Source of the DNA: an uncultured bacterium
GTDB taxonomy: Bacteria; Acidobacteriota; Aminicenantia; Aminicenantales; Saccharicenantaceae
Length of the DNA: 64,000 nt
Direction: 5' to 3'
Assembly: GCA_937920515.1 (NCBI GenBank)
Contig: CALEUG010000015.1
Coordinates: 71,382-135,381, forward strand
Position 1 is the first letter of the stretch, and each line of letters begins with the position of its first letter. The position numbers and the translations under genes were made by a program. Below are positions 47,999 through 57,332 of the stretch, piece by piece. The notes beneath the pieces were generated by a model, which was given only the letters and a program-made list of their open reading frames with translations, did not search any database and was not told the origin of the DNA.

Positions 47999-48855
47999 TT
48001 GATTCCCAGTTCGTTGATTTTTTGCTGGGCCAGACGTGCCTCTTCCTGCGCCGGGTACTTGGCCACCAGCAGCTTGAAGGTGGCCAGAGCCTCGTCTTTC
48101 CGGCCCAGCTGGACCAGGCTCATGCCTTTCTTCAGGTAGGCGGCGGGAACCTTGTCCCCGGCCGGGTAGCTGAGGAGGAGTTCGCTAAAGGCGTCAATGG
48201 CCTGCTGGTACTGTTCCTGGCTGTAGTAACACTCGCCGATCCAGTAAAGGGCGTTGTCGGAGAGGGGAGTGTTGGGATACTGTTGCAGGAAGAGTTTGAA
48301 ACTATCTATGGCCAGGGAATAGTTGCCTTTCAGGTAATCGCCGTAAGCGTTGTTGTACATTTCCTGGGCCGGGATGTTGACCGTAGCCGGTTTCCTGGTT
48401 TCGGCCGGCGGGGGCTCGCTCTTGCCGGCTGGAGGCCTGGTTGTCTTTCCGGTCTTTTCGTCTGTCCTGGCCGGGGGGGTCAGGTTCTGGATGGCCTGGA
48501 GGATGTCGTTCAGGATGGCTGTCTGAAACTGGACCTCTTCCAGCTTGTTGTTCATGAGCTGGAACTGCACCGGGATGCTGCGAAAATCTTCTTTCAGCGA
48601 AGCCTGCTCGGCCTGAGTTTTTCTGATGAGGTCTCCCAGGAGCTTGACCTGGTCTTTGAGTTCCTGCAGGTCAGCCTGATTCTTCTTGAGCAGGGCGCTG
48701 AGTTCCTGGACCTGCAGCTTGAGGGCCTGTATATCCTCATACATCAACTCGTAGGTCTTCTTGGTCTGGCCGGCGGCCGGGGTCAGGGCTATAAGCCCCA
48801 GCATCCCCCAGCAGATAAGAGTAAGAGAAAGATAAATTCTGTAAGTTTTTAACAA
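47995..48855 (-). CDS. cpoB: Tol-Pal system protein YbgF/CpoB
   Basis: Signal peptide, an N-terminal coiled-coil and C-terminal TPR repeats (NALYWIGECYYSQEQYQQAIDAF). Located directly after pal. Confidence 0.8.
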   Translation of the reverse strand: MLKTYRIYLSLTLICWGMLGLIALTPAAGQTKKTYELMYEDIQALKLQVQELSALLKKNQADLQELKDQVKLLGDLIRKTQAEQASLKEDFRSIPVQFQLMNNKLEEVQFQTAILNDILQAIQNLTPPARTDEKTGKTTRPPAGKSEPPPAETRKPATVNIPAQEMYNNAYGDYLKGNYSLAIDSFKLFLQQYPNTPLSDNALYWIGECYYSQEQYQQAIDAFSELLLSYPAGDKVPAAYLKKGMSLVQLGRKDEALATFKLLVAKYPAQEEARLAQQKINELGIK

Positions 48856-48856
48856 T

Positions 48857-49408
48857 TTATTTCCCGATTATCAGGAATTGGGCTCTCCTGTTCTTGGCCC
48901 AGGCCGTTTCGTCATGACCGGGGTCCAGGGGCTGGCTCTTGCCGTAGGAAATGATTCTTATTCTGTCAGCTGAAATGCCGAGGCTGACCAGGTAATCCAT
49001 GGTGCTCTTGGCTCTCTTCTCGCCCAGGGCCAGGTTGTACTCCTCGGTTCCTCGCTCGTCGCAGTGGCCTTCGATCAGGATTTTTACCGTCGGGTATTTC
49101 TTCAGCCAGCTGGCGTTGGCTTCCAGGACCGGAACGGCATCGGGCCGGATGTTGTACCGGTCATAGTCAAAATGGATCATGGCCAGTGGTTTCTCCTGGT
49201 TGAGTTCTTCCAGGGTCTTTTTCATGAAGATTTCTTCTTCTGTCAGAACGGGCTCTTTTATAACCGATTCTTCAACCCTCTCAACCTTCGGCTGTTCCTG
49301 GGCTTGTGGCGGCGGCGGGGGCGGAACGTCCTTGGCTTTCTTCTTGCAGGAAGCGGCGAAGGACAGGACCAGTATTCCAGTCAGAAAAATCACCAGAAAT
49401 TTTTTCAT
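48857..49408 (-). CDS. pal: Peptidoglycan-associated lipoprotein Pal
   Basis: Lipobox FAASC, and an OmpA-like C-terminal domain (HFDYDRYNIRP...EGHCDERGTEEYNLALGEKRA). Confidence 0.9.
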   Translation of the reverse strand: MKKFLVIFLTGILVLSFAASCKKKAKDVPPPPPPQAQEQPKVERVEESVIKEPVLTEEEIFMKKTLEELNQEKPLAMIHFDYDRYNIRPDAVPVLEANASWLKKYPTVKILIEGHCDERGTEEYNLALGEKRAKSTMDYLVSLGISADRIRIISYGKSQPLDPGHDETAWAKNRRAQFLIIGK

Positions 49409-49504
49409 AATTCCTCCTCTTCTTCAGGTTACGGCTCAGAATCGGGCTTCAGAGCCACTAAATTTATACAATGAAGATTTCAGGCTGTCAACATAATAAC
49501 GGGC

Positions 49505-50791
49505 TTAATTGGTCCAGTTGGGCAGCTTGTTTTCTCCCTGGGAGGTCAGGCAGCGCAGATTGCTGGCGTCATAGTCAATGGAATATATCTGAATGGTTCC
49601 AGACATGTTGGAAGAAAAGATAACATGGCGGCCGTCAGGCGACCAGCTGGGGGATTCGTTCCGGGCCCTGGTTTCGGTGAGCTTGGTGATTTTGTTGGTC
49701 TTGAGGTTCAGGATGTAGATATCAAAGAAGTTGTCGACGCGGGAAACAAATGCAATCCTTTCACCATCGGGCGACCAGGCCGGGGCATCAAGATAGTTCC
49801 CGCCAAAACTGACCTTGCGGACATTGCCCCCCTCGGCATCCATGATGTAGATCTGCGGCGTTCCGGTCCGGTCAGAGGTAAAAGCAATTTCCCGGCCGGT
49901 GGGTGACCAGGTGGGAGCGGTATCTATGGCGCTGTTAAAAGTTATCCGCCGGATGTTGCTGCCGTCGGCATTGGCCACATAGATTTCGGCATTGCCATCC
50001 CTGGTAGAGCAGAAAGCCAGCTTTTTCCCGTCGGGCGAAAAGGCCCCGGAAAAGTTAGTGCCTTTGGTCGAGACCGGGACCAGCTTGCCTTCATAGGGAT
50101 AAAGAATGTATAGGTCTGGATTCCCGGACCGGTAGGAGGTAAAGACTATGGCCCGCTGGTCGGGCGACCAGGCCGGCATATAGTCGCGCCACTTATTGAA
50201 GGTCAGCCGGGTCTGGTTGGCCCCGTCATAATCCATCATGTAGAGCTCGTCGTTTCCGTCGCGGTTGGAAACAAAAACTATCTTGGTGGTGAAATAAGGC
50301 TTTTCCCCGTAGAGCTTCATCAGCTCGTCGGCCACCCGGTGAGCCACCAGCCGGAAGACGCTCGGGTCCGCCTGGTATCTTTTGCCCAGGATCATTTTTT
50401 CGCTTTTTACGTCGTAGATTTTAGCTTCAAAAATTATCCGGTTCTGGGACTGGCTGACCTCGCCCACCACCAGGATTCTGGTCTGGATTGATTCCCAGTC
50501 CTTGAAGAATATTTCTTTAGGATTCAGCGGCCGGATGTAGTTCAGATGCTCCCGCGGCACCAGCGAAAACACCCGGCTGTAGCGCAGATCATCAGAGAGA
50601 ACCTGGTGGATGGTTTCGGCCGCTTCCCGGGCCTCGGCCGAGGATGCCTCAGAAATGAACGGCGGCAGGGCCAGCGAAATGGCCGGGACGCCTTCCCTGA
50701 TGGTCAGGACGACTTCCTGCTGGGAGATAAGGGTTAAGCCGCCGGCAGCCATAATGATGACAAAGATGGTCCAGGTGATTGATTTTTTCAT
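49505..50791 (-). CDS. tolB: Tol-Pal system beta-propeller protein TolB
   Basis: Signal peptide, a TolB N-terminal domain and WD-like PD40 repeats (SPDG...AF.S.R.G...IY). Confidence 0.9.
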   Translation of the reverse strand: MKKSITWTIFVIIMAAGGLTLISQQEVVLTIREGVPAISLALPPFISEASSAEAREAAETIHQVLSDDLRYSRVFSLVPREHLNYIRPLNPKEIFFKDWESIQTRILVVGEVSQSQNRIIFEAKIYDVKSEKMILGKRYQADPSVFRLVAHRVADELMKLYGEKPYFTTKIVFVSNRDGNDELYMMDYDGANQTRLTFNKWRDYMPAWSPDQRAIVFTSYRSGNPDLYILYPYEGKLVPVSTKGTNFSGAFSPDGKKLAFCSTRDGNAEIYVANADGSNIRRITFNSAIDTAPTWSPTGREIAFTSDRTGTPQIYIMDAEGGNVRKVSFGGNYLDAPAWSPDGERIAFVSRVDNFFDIYILNLKTNKITKLTETRARNESPSWSPDGRHVIFSSNMSGTIQIYSIDYDASNLRCLTSQGENKLPNWTN

Positions 50792-51621
50792 TTGCTCCGC
50801 TCGAAAATAAGATGGACTACCAGGTAGTCGTTCTCATAGTCCCTCGGTAGCGGAGGGAAAGGAGCGGCCAGCTCCACCGCCCTTCTGGCCGTCAGGTCCA
50901 GGACTGGAAGCTCCGAGGGCTGTTCTATCTTCAGGTCGGCAACCTGTCCGTTGCGCAGTATCTTAAAATAGATTACTGATTGGTACTCTCCGCTGTAATC
51001 AAGATGACCGGTGGCAGTGAACCAGTTGGAAGAAACCCGGTCGATTATGATCTGGAGATAATAAGTGAACGGAAAGGAAGATGTCCCCAGCGGGTCGCCA
51101 TAACCGCGGCCGAAACCGCCGGGTCCTTCACCCACGCCTATTCTGAGCCCTGAGCCACCGCCACCGCCACTGCCGGTCCCCGTGCCGCCCGCCTGGCCCG
51201 TCTCTGAGCCCCTGGCTCCGGCTGCCTGGGTCCCGGGTTGAGGGGCGGAAATTTCCGTCTTTTTGGCCGGGGCCGGTTTCTTGCCTGTGGGTCTGTCCGT
51301 TTCGACCGGATGGCGCAGTGTAGATTCGCTGCCCGCCGGGGTTTTTTGGGGAACAGTCAATTCTTTCATGGTTTCCTTTTGAGCCGCCGGGGCCGGTTGA
51401 CCCGGTTGCCCGCCGCCGGGCCCGGGTCCGCTCCCGCCCCCGCCTCCGCCCCCTCCGGGCAGGCCGACAAAATTCAGGTTGACGTAATGAACCATTCCGG
51501 TTTTCCCCGGTCCGGCCAGCTGGTTGGAAAAGCCAATCAGCGCAAACAGGACTATATGAGAGAAGGCTGATAGGACCACAGCTCGCTTGAAAGAATTGCT
51601 CATGAGAAGTGATGACTTCAT
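50788..51621 (-). CDS. tolA: TolA (TonB-family energy transducer, C-terminal TonB-like domain)
   Basis: N-terminal TM anchor, a Gly/Pro-rich spacer and a TonB_C-like C-terminal domain. Sits between tolR and tolB. Confidence 0.6.
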   Translation of the reverse strand: MKSSLLMSNSFKRAVVLSAFSHIVLFALIGFSNQLAGPGKTGMVHYVNLNFVGLPGGGGGGGGSGPGPGGGQPGQPAPAAQKETMKELTVPQKTPAGSESTLRHPVETDRPTGKKPAPAKKTEISAPQPGTQAAGARGSETGQAGGTGTGSGGGGGSGLRIGVGEGPGGFGRGYGDPLGTSSFPFTYYLQIIIDRVSSNWFTATGHLDYSGEYQSVIYFKILRNGQVADLKIEQPSELPVLDLTARRAVELAAPFPPLPRDYENDYLVVHLIFERSK

Positions 51622-52079
51622 CGCCTGGACTGTTTCCTGGCTGGCGGTTTTTCCAGCGGCTCGGTCACCAGGCCGACTATTTCAATACCCGATTTCTTGA
51701 CGATATCCAGAACCTGGATGAGCTGGCCGTAATTCAGGTTGCGGTCAGCCCGGATGTAAACTATTTTCCTGGTTTTGTTGTAGAAGTATTCCTGCAGGCG
51801 CCTTTCCAGCAGGTTGACGTTGATCACCGATTCCCCGAGGTGGATGTAACCGTCGGCGGTGATGGTCAGAGTCAGGCCTTCTTCGGCCGGAGCCGATTCG
51901 GTTTCGGCCTGGGGCAGGTTGAGACCGATGCCGGATTGCATCATCGGCGCGGTCACCATGAAAATGATCAGCAACACCAGCATGACGTCAACCAGAGGGG
52001 TGACGTTGATTTCCGACATGGATGTTCCCAGCCGCCTCCGGCCGCCGGAGACCGGGGCCTGGTTCAGGTTAACCGCCAT
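51618..52079 (-). CDS. tolR: TolR/ExbD biopolymer transport protein
   Basis: INVTPLVDVMLVLLIIFMVTAP is the ExbD/TolR TM region. The start could be the internal ATG at 52019. Confidence 0.8.
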   Translation of the reverse strand: MAVNLNQAPVSGGRRRLGTSMSEINVTPLVDVMLVLLIIFMVTAPMMQSGIGLNLPQAETESAPAEEGLTLTITADGYIHLGESVINVNLLERRLQEYFYNKTRKIVYIRADRNLNYGQLIQVLDIVKKSGIEIVGLVTEPLEKPPARKQSRR

Positions 52080-52737
52080 AAGCCCTTTCTATAATATTTA
52101 AGAATTCAAGGCTGAAATCGTCCATCCTGGTTATCATCTCTTTAATGCGGCCCAGAAAATGGTTATAGGCAATGACCGCCGGGATGGCTGCGAATAAACC
52201 CAAGGCCGTGGCGATCAGGGCCTCGGCGATGCCGGGAGCCACCGTTACCAGGCTGGCCGAGCGCACCACCCCGATCTTATGAAAAGAATCCATGATTCCC
52301 CAGACGGTACCGAGCAGCCCGATGAACGGGGTGACACTGCCGCAGGTGGCCAGGAAGCTCATCATTTTTTCCAGCCGGTTGATTTCAGCATTGGAGGCCC
52401 TGAGCAGCGAGCGGTTGATGCTTTCCAGCTTCTCCCTGTTGATGGACCCCTGGGGCTGCGGGTTGGACCTGGTCAGGTGCACCAGCTCCTTGAAACCTGC
52501 CTGAAACAGGCTGGCCAGGGGGCTGTTCTTGTACTTGCGAGCCGCTTCGTTGACTTCGTTCAGGGATTTGCTGCGCCGGAAAACTTCCAGGAAATTCTGT
52601 GAAGCCGTCTCGGCTGCCTTTATGCTGCGTCTTTTATAGATGATTATGGCCCAGGAAAAAACAGAGAAAATGACCAGAATCAGCAGGATAAACTTAACAA
52701 CGATGGTGGCTTGAGATATCAGGCTGAATACGTTCAT
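52069..52737 (-). CDS. tolQ: TolQ/ExbB proton-channel protein
   Basis: Three TM helices, MotA/TolQ/ExbB family layout (LATCGSVTPFIGLLGTVWGIM). Confidence 0.85.
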   Translation of the reverse strand: MNVFSLISQATIVVKFILLILVIFSVFSWAIIIYKRRSIKAAETASQNFLEVFRRSKSLNEVNEAARKYKNSPLASLFQAGFKELVHLTRSNPQPQGSINREKLESINRSLLRASNAEINRLEKMMSFLATCGSVTPFIGLLGTVWGIMDSFHKIGVVRSASLVTVAPGIAEALIATALGLFAAIPAVIAYNHFLGRIKEMITRMDDFSLEFLNIIERAYGG

Positions 52738-52858
52738 GACTTTTTCAAGTTAACATACAGAGGAAAGTCTGTCAATCAGACTGCAACCGGCCTGTATCCA
52801 GAGAGGCTTGACGAAGTGCCCCAAAAGCGGTTTAATTAAGGGCTTATAAGAGGGACAG

Positions 52859-54202
52859 TTGAATATTTTTAAGAAGAAACTGGTTCATCCTCCCCGCCTG
52901 TTGGCCCTGAGCTTTTTAGTGGCCATCATCGTCGGGACCATCATCATCTCTATGCCTTTTTCCACCCGCTCCGGTAGCATTCCTCTGATAGATGCCCTTT
53001 TTACCTCCGCCTCGGCCATCTGTGTTACCGGATTGATCGTGGTTGACACGCCGAATTACTTCAGTCCTTTGGGGCTTGGCATATTGCTGGCCCTGATCCA
53101 GCTGGGGGGGCTGGGCATCATGACCTTTTCCAGCTTTGTCCTGATTACCGCCGGCCGGCGGGTCAGCCTGTCTGATCAGCTGGCAGTTGAAGGTTCCTTT
53201 CGCCCGGCGGCCATTTCAGATTTCCGGGCTTTGCTCCGTGATGTCTTCCTGTTTACCTTGAGTTTTGAGCTGATCGGGGCTGCGGTCCTGATGCTTAAAT
53301 TTTCAGGGACCGCACCTTTTTCCCGGGCTCTGGCCCTCTCCGTTTTTCACTCCGTTTCGGCCTTCTGTAATGCCGGCTTTTCGCTTTTTTCCGATAGCCT
53401 GGTAGCCTTTCGAGGCGATATTCTGGTTAACCTGACCATAATCCTCCTGATAGTTTTTGGAGGCCTTGGCTTTTTTGTGCTGCAGGAAATAAAGCTGGCC
53501 CTCAGAAGCAGGCGTCGAAAGGAGAGGGTTAAGTTTTCGCTACATACCAAGTTCGTGGCTGCCATCACCCTGGGAATCATCCTGATCGGGGCCGCTTTGA
53601 TATTCCTGATGGAATTTAGCCGCGGTTTTTCCAGCCTGCCGCTCAAGGAAAAGGTCCTGGCCGCGCTTTTTCAGGTGGTTTCGGCCCGGACGGCCGGGTT
53701 CAACACGATTGACCTGAACAGTCTATCTGTGGCTTCTCTGCTATTGCTCATTTTGATAATGTTTGTCGGGGCTTCGCCCGGCTCAACCGGAGGCGGTGTT
53801 AAGACCACCACCTTCGGCGTGGTCTTTGCCTTCCTGCGGTCGCGCATCCATGGTCAGGAAGTGCCCCAGATTTTCTCCAGGGCCATAAAGAATGAAGATG
53901 TCATTAAGGCTTACACCCTGGTTTCGCTGGCCATGTCTCTTATTTTTGCTTCAACCATGTCACTGCTGATCATCCAGCCCCAGCTGGCCCTGAAAGAAGC
54001 CCTGTTTGAGGTGGTCTCTGCCTTCGGCACCGTTGGCCTGTCCCTGGGCATAACCCCAAACCTTCACCCGCTCAATAAACTGATTCTGGTCATAACCATG
54101 TATCTCGGCCGGATAGGCCCCCTGACCATGCTCTATGCTTTCAGCCGGGTCAAGCCGGCAGGCCATTACCAGTTTATTGAAGAAGGCCTTATGGTGGGCT
54201 AA
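52859..54202 (+). CDS. trkH: TrkH/KtrB-family potassium uptake membrane protein
   Basis: Polytopic membrane protein with a repeated pore-loop glycine motif; TTG start after AGAGGGA. Confidence 0.85.
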   Translation: MNIFKKKLVHPPRLLALSFLVAIIVGTIIISMPFSTRSGSIPLIDALFTSASAICVTGLIVVDTPNYFSPLGLGILLALIQLGGLGIMTFSSFVLITAGRRVSLSDQLAVEGSFRPAAISDFRALLRDVFLFTLSFELIGAAVLMLKFSGTAPFSRALALSVFHSVSAFCNAGFSLFSDSLVAFRGDILVNLTIILLIVFGGLGFFVLQEIKLALRSRRRKERVKFSLHTKFVAAITLGIILIGAALIFLMEFSRGFSSLPLKEKVLAALFQVVSARTAGFNTIDLNSLSVASLLLLILIMFVGASPGSTGGGVKTTTFGVVFAFLRSRIHGQEVPQIFSRAIKNEDVIKAYTLVSLAMSLIFASTMSLLIIQPQLALKEALFEVVSAFGTVGLSLGITPNLHPLNKLILVITMYLGRIGPLTMLYAFSRVKPAGHYQFIEEGLMVG

Positions 54203-54241
54203 GATAAAGGCAGGAACAGGCATTAATCCGGGAGAATTAAA

Positions 54242-54898
54242 ATGAGATTTACCGTTATCGGTCTTGGAAGCTTCGGCAGCTACCTGGCCAGAACCCTTTA
54301 CGAGAAAGGCCACGAAGTTCTGGTCATAGATAAGGATAAGGATAAGGTTGAGGAGGCCAAGGATTTTTCCAGTCAGGCAGTCTGGATGGATTCGGCTGAC
54401 AAAGAAAGCCTTAAGGCCCTGGGTGTTCAGGACATGGACGTGGTGGTGGTCAGCCTGGGGCCGGAAATGGAGCCTTCTATTCTGACGGTGCTCTATCTTC
54501 ATGAACTGGGGGTCAACCGCATCCTGGCCAAGGCTCTTAGCCCGGACCATGGCAAAATCCTGGAAGCCATCGGGGCCACCGAGGTCATCTATCCCGAGCG
54601 GGACATGGCTGTGAGGCTGGCCCTGCGCCTGAGCTCCAGGAACGTCCTGGAGTATCTACCTCTGGCAGAAAACATAAGCATCCAAGAGATTGTCCCGCCC
54701 GAGGCCTTCATCGGCAAGAAACTCCGGGAACTGGATCTGACCAACCGCTACCGGGTTCAGGTCATAGCCGTGCGGCAGCTGGTGCCCGACCGCCTGATTT
54801 TCATCCCCGGCGCCGATTTTGTGATCAAGGACAGCGATGTCCTGGTGGTGATGGGAGAGGAAGAAAACATCGCTGACCTATGCGCCTGCAAGAAGTAA
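54242..54898 (+). CDS. trkA: TrkA/KtrA potassium uptake regulatory subunit (RCK N- and C-domains)
   Basis: Rossmann VIGLGSFGSYLARTL, followed by an RCK_C domain. Confidence 0.8.
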   Translation: MRFTVIGLGSFGSYLARTLYEKGHEVLVIDKDKDKVEEAKDFSSQAVWMDSADKESLKALGVQDMDVVVVSLGPEMEPSILTVLYLHELGVNRILAKALSPDHGKILEAIGATEVIYPERDMAVRLALRLSSRNVLEYLPLAENISIQEIVPPEAFIGKKLRELDLTNRYRVQVIAVRQLVPDRLIFIPGADFVIKDSDVLVVMGEEENIADLCACKK

Positions 54899-57238
54899 TT
54901 TCAGCAGGATTTCCCTGGCCACCTGCTTGGCTTTTTCCCCGCTTTCTCTGACCGGTCCGACGCAGGAAGGGCAGCCCTCTTCGCAGGGGCAGGCTTCAAT
55001 CGTTCCCAGGCAGGCCTGGAGCAGGCTGGTCTTGAGTTCGAACAGGGCCGGGCTGAGACCAATCCCCCCTGGAAAGTTATCGTAGAGAAACAGGTTGGGC
55101 GAGAAGTCCGGGCTGAGAAAGACCCTGTTTTTTTCATCCTGAGGCAGGCGGTGGCGCGGCAGCTCCCGGGGCGGCAGGGACTGTCCCGAAAAGTTGTCGC
55201 CGATGGCCACGCCCAGGTCGTGCAGGTCGCACATCAGGAACAGCGGGGCCACGTGATGGAGGAGGTAGGACAGGCCGAAGAGGCCATTGGTTCTCTGCTC
55301 CGGAGTGAAGGGCAGGGTCTGGTAGATTTCGGCCGGAACTGTCAGCCAGAAACTGGTGGTGCTCATTTCGTTCTGGGGGAGCTGCAGTTCGCCGGCCCCC
55401 ACGTTTTCCATCGTGTGGAACTTTATTTTTTTGAAACCAACCACCTGGGTGGCCACGTGGACCTCCCCGTGAGACACCCAGCCCTGGGGAAGGTCCTTAC
55501 GGTCAAAAACGTCCAGGATCTTGACGTTGGTGTAATCTATGGCGTCGGTGAAGTAATCCACATCCGTCTTTTTAACGCAGGCTTTGCGTTGCTCGTAATC
55601 GAATTCTTCCACGAAGTACTGTTCACCCTCGCAGATGTAGATGGCTCTGGGATGCAGGGTGGTCAGAGCCGAAGAAAAGTCCACCTCGGCAATCACCCGG
55701 GGTTTTTCGGTGGTATCCACCACCACGAAATTATCGGAACTGATGCTGCGCAGGGAGATGGCGTCGGCCGGGTAGGCTTCCGAAGTCCAGAACCACCTGT
55801 TCTGGGTGTGGTGAAGCATCTCTTCTTCTTCCAGCAATTTCAGTATTTCGCCGATTTCCACCGTGCCGAAATTTTCCCCGTCTTCAAAGGGCAGCTCAAA
55901 GGCTGCACACTGAATGTGGTTAACCAGGATGGACGGGTTGTCCGGGTTGATCAGGGCCATTTCCGGCGGGCTGGAAAAGAAGTAATCAGGGTGGTTGACG
56001 ATGAACTGGTCCAGGGGGGCCGAAGAGGCCACCAGGACGGCCGCTGACATTCCGGTCTTGCGTCCGGCCCGCCCGGCCCGCTGCCAGGTACTGGCGATGG
56101 TTCCCGGGTAGCCGGCCAGAACGGCCACATCCAGAGTGCCGATGTCTATCCCCAGCTCCAGGGCGTTGGTGGAAACCACGCCCAGGATTTTTCCATCTCT
56201 CAAACCTTTTTCTATTTCCCGACGCCTGGTCGGCAGGTAACCGCCGCGGTAACCGCGGATGAGACCTTCGTCCTTGAGGCCCTTTTCCAGGTCGTTTTTA
56301 AGGTAAGTTACCAGGACCTCGGTCAGCAGCCGGCTCTGGGCAAAGACGATGGTCTGAAGCCGCTCTTTGAGGAAGATGGTGGCAATTCTGCGGGCCTCGT
56401 TGATGTAGGACCTCCTGATGCCCAGGTGAGGATTGACCACCGGCGGTGAGTAAAACACGAAGTATTTCTCTCCGGAAGGGGCTCCGTTCTGGTCGATGAG
56501 TTCCACCGGTTCTTCAATCATCTTCTGGGCCATGTCCCCGGGGTTGGCGATGGTGGCCGTGGACAGGATGAACTGCGGCCTGGCCCCGTAGAAGCTGGCA
56601 ATTCTCTTGAGGCGCCTGATGACGTTGGCCACGTGGCTTCCGAACACCCCGCGGTAATTATGCAGCTCGTCGATGATGATGTATTTCAGGTTTTCGAACA
56701 GCTTGATCCACTTGGTGTGGTGAGGCAGGATGCCGGAATGCAGCATGTCGGGGTTGGTGATGATGATGTGCCCCTGGCTGCGGATGGCCCGGCGGGCGTC
56801 CTGCGGGGTGTCCCCGTCGTAGGTGAATATTTTAATTTCCTCGCCCAGCAGTTCAATGATTGCATCCAGCTCGGCCCGCTGGTCCTGGCTCAGGGCCTTG
56901 GTCGGGAAGAGATAGATGGCCCGGCTGGAAGGTTCGCGGAGAAGGCAATCCAGCACCGGCAGGTTGTAGCAGAGAGTCTTGCCGGAGGCAGTCGGGGTGA
57001 CCACCACCAAGTTCTTCCCCTCCTTGAGTTTTTGCCAGGCTTCACTCTGATGGGAATAGAGCGAGCCGAATCCCTTCTTCTTCAGGGCTTCCACCAGACG
57101 GGGATGAACATCCGGGGGGTAATCGCTGAAAATTCCAGGCCGCGGCGGAAGGTACTTAATGGTGGTTATGGAGCCGTAGGGAGCGGCCAGGTCCCGGAGG
57201 GCGCTGATAGCCTGAAGCAGGCGTTCTTCCTTATTCAT
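54878..57238 (-). CDS. DEAD/DEAH-box helicase with C-terminal DUF1998 (MrfA/YprA-like)
   Basis: Walker A TPTASGKTL, IIDELH, QRAGRAGR, and the C-terminal 4-Cys DUF1998 signature (CPCEEGCPSCVGP). Confidence 0.8.
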   Translation of the reverse strand: MNKEERLLQAISALRDLAAPYGSITTIKYLPPRPGIFSDYPPDVHPRLVEALKKKGFGSLYSHQSEAWQKLKEGKNLVVVTPTASGKTLCYNLPVLDCLLREPSSRAIYLFPTKALSQDQRAELDAIIELLGEEIKIFTYDGDTPQDARRAIRSQGHIIITNPDMLHSGILPHHTKWIKLFENLKYIIIDELHNYRGVFGSHVANVIRRLKRIASFYGARPQFILSTATIANPGDMAQKMIEEPVELIDQNGAPSGEKYFVFYSPPVVNPHLGIRRSYINEARRIATIFLKERLQTIVFAQSRLLTEVLVTYLKNDLEKGLKDEGLIRGYRGGYLPTRRREIEKGLRDGKILGVVSTNALELGIDIGTLDVAVLAGYPGTIASTWQRAGRAGRKTGMSAAVLVASSAPLDQFIVNHPDYFFSSPPEMALINPDNPSILVNHIQCAAFELPFEDGENFGTVEIGEILKLLEEEEMLHHTQNRWFWTSEAYPADAISLRSISSDNFVVVDTTEKPRVIAEVDFSSALTTLHPRAIYICEGEQYFVEEFDYEQRKACVKKTDVDYFTDAIDYTNVKILDVFDRKDLPQGWVSHGEVHVATQVVGFKKIKFHTMENVGAGELQLPQNEMSTTSFWLTVPAEIYQTLPFTPEQRTNGLFGLSYLLHHVAPLFLMCDLHDLGVAIGDNFSGQSLPPRELPRHRLPQDEKNRVFLSPDFSPNLFLYDNFPGGIGLSPALFELKTSLLQACLGTIEACPCEEGCPSCVGPVRESGEKAKQVAREILLKLLLAGA

Positions 57239-57332
57239 GACGTTTATTCGCAGCTATTATAAAATAAAGGACAGGATTATTAAACCCGGTGCCTGCCCTC
57301 GGAAATCAACCCGAAAGTGCTAAAATATAGCC

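Noticed and set aside
51120-51230. GGN/CCN triplet repetition
   Set aside because: It encodes the Gly/Pro-rich linker of TolA (minus strand) and is coding low-complexity, not a repeat element or CRISPR.
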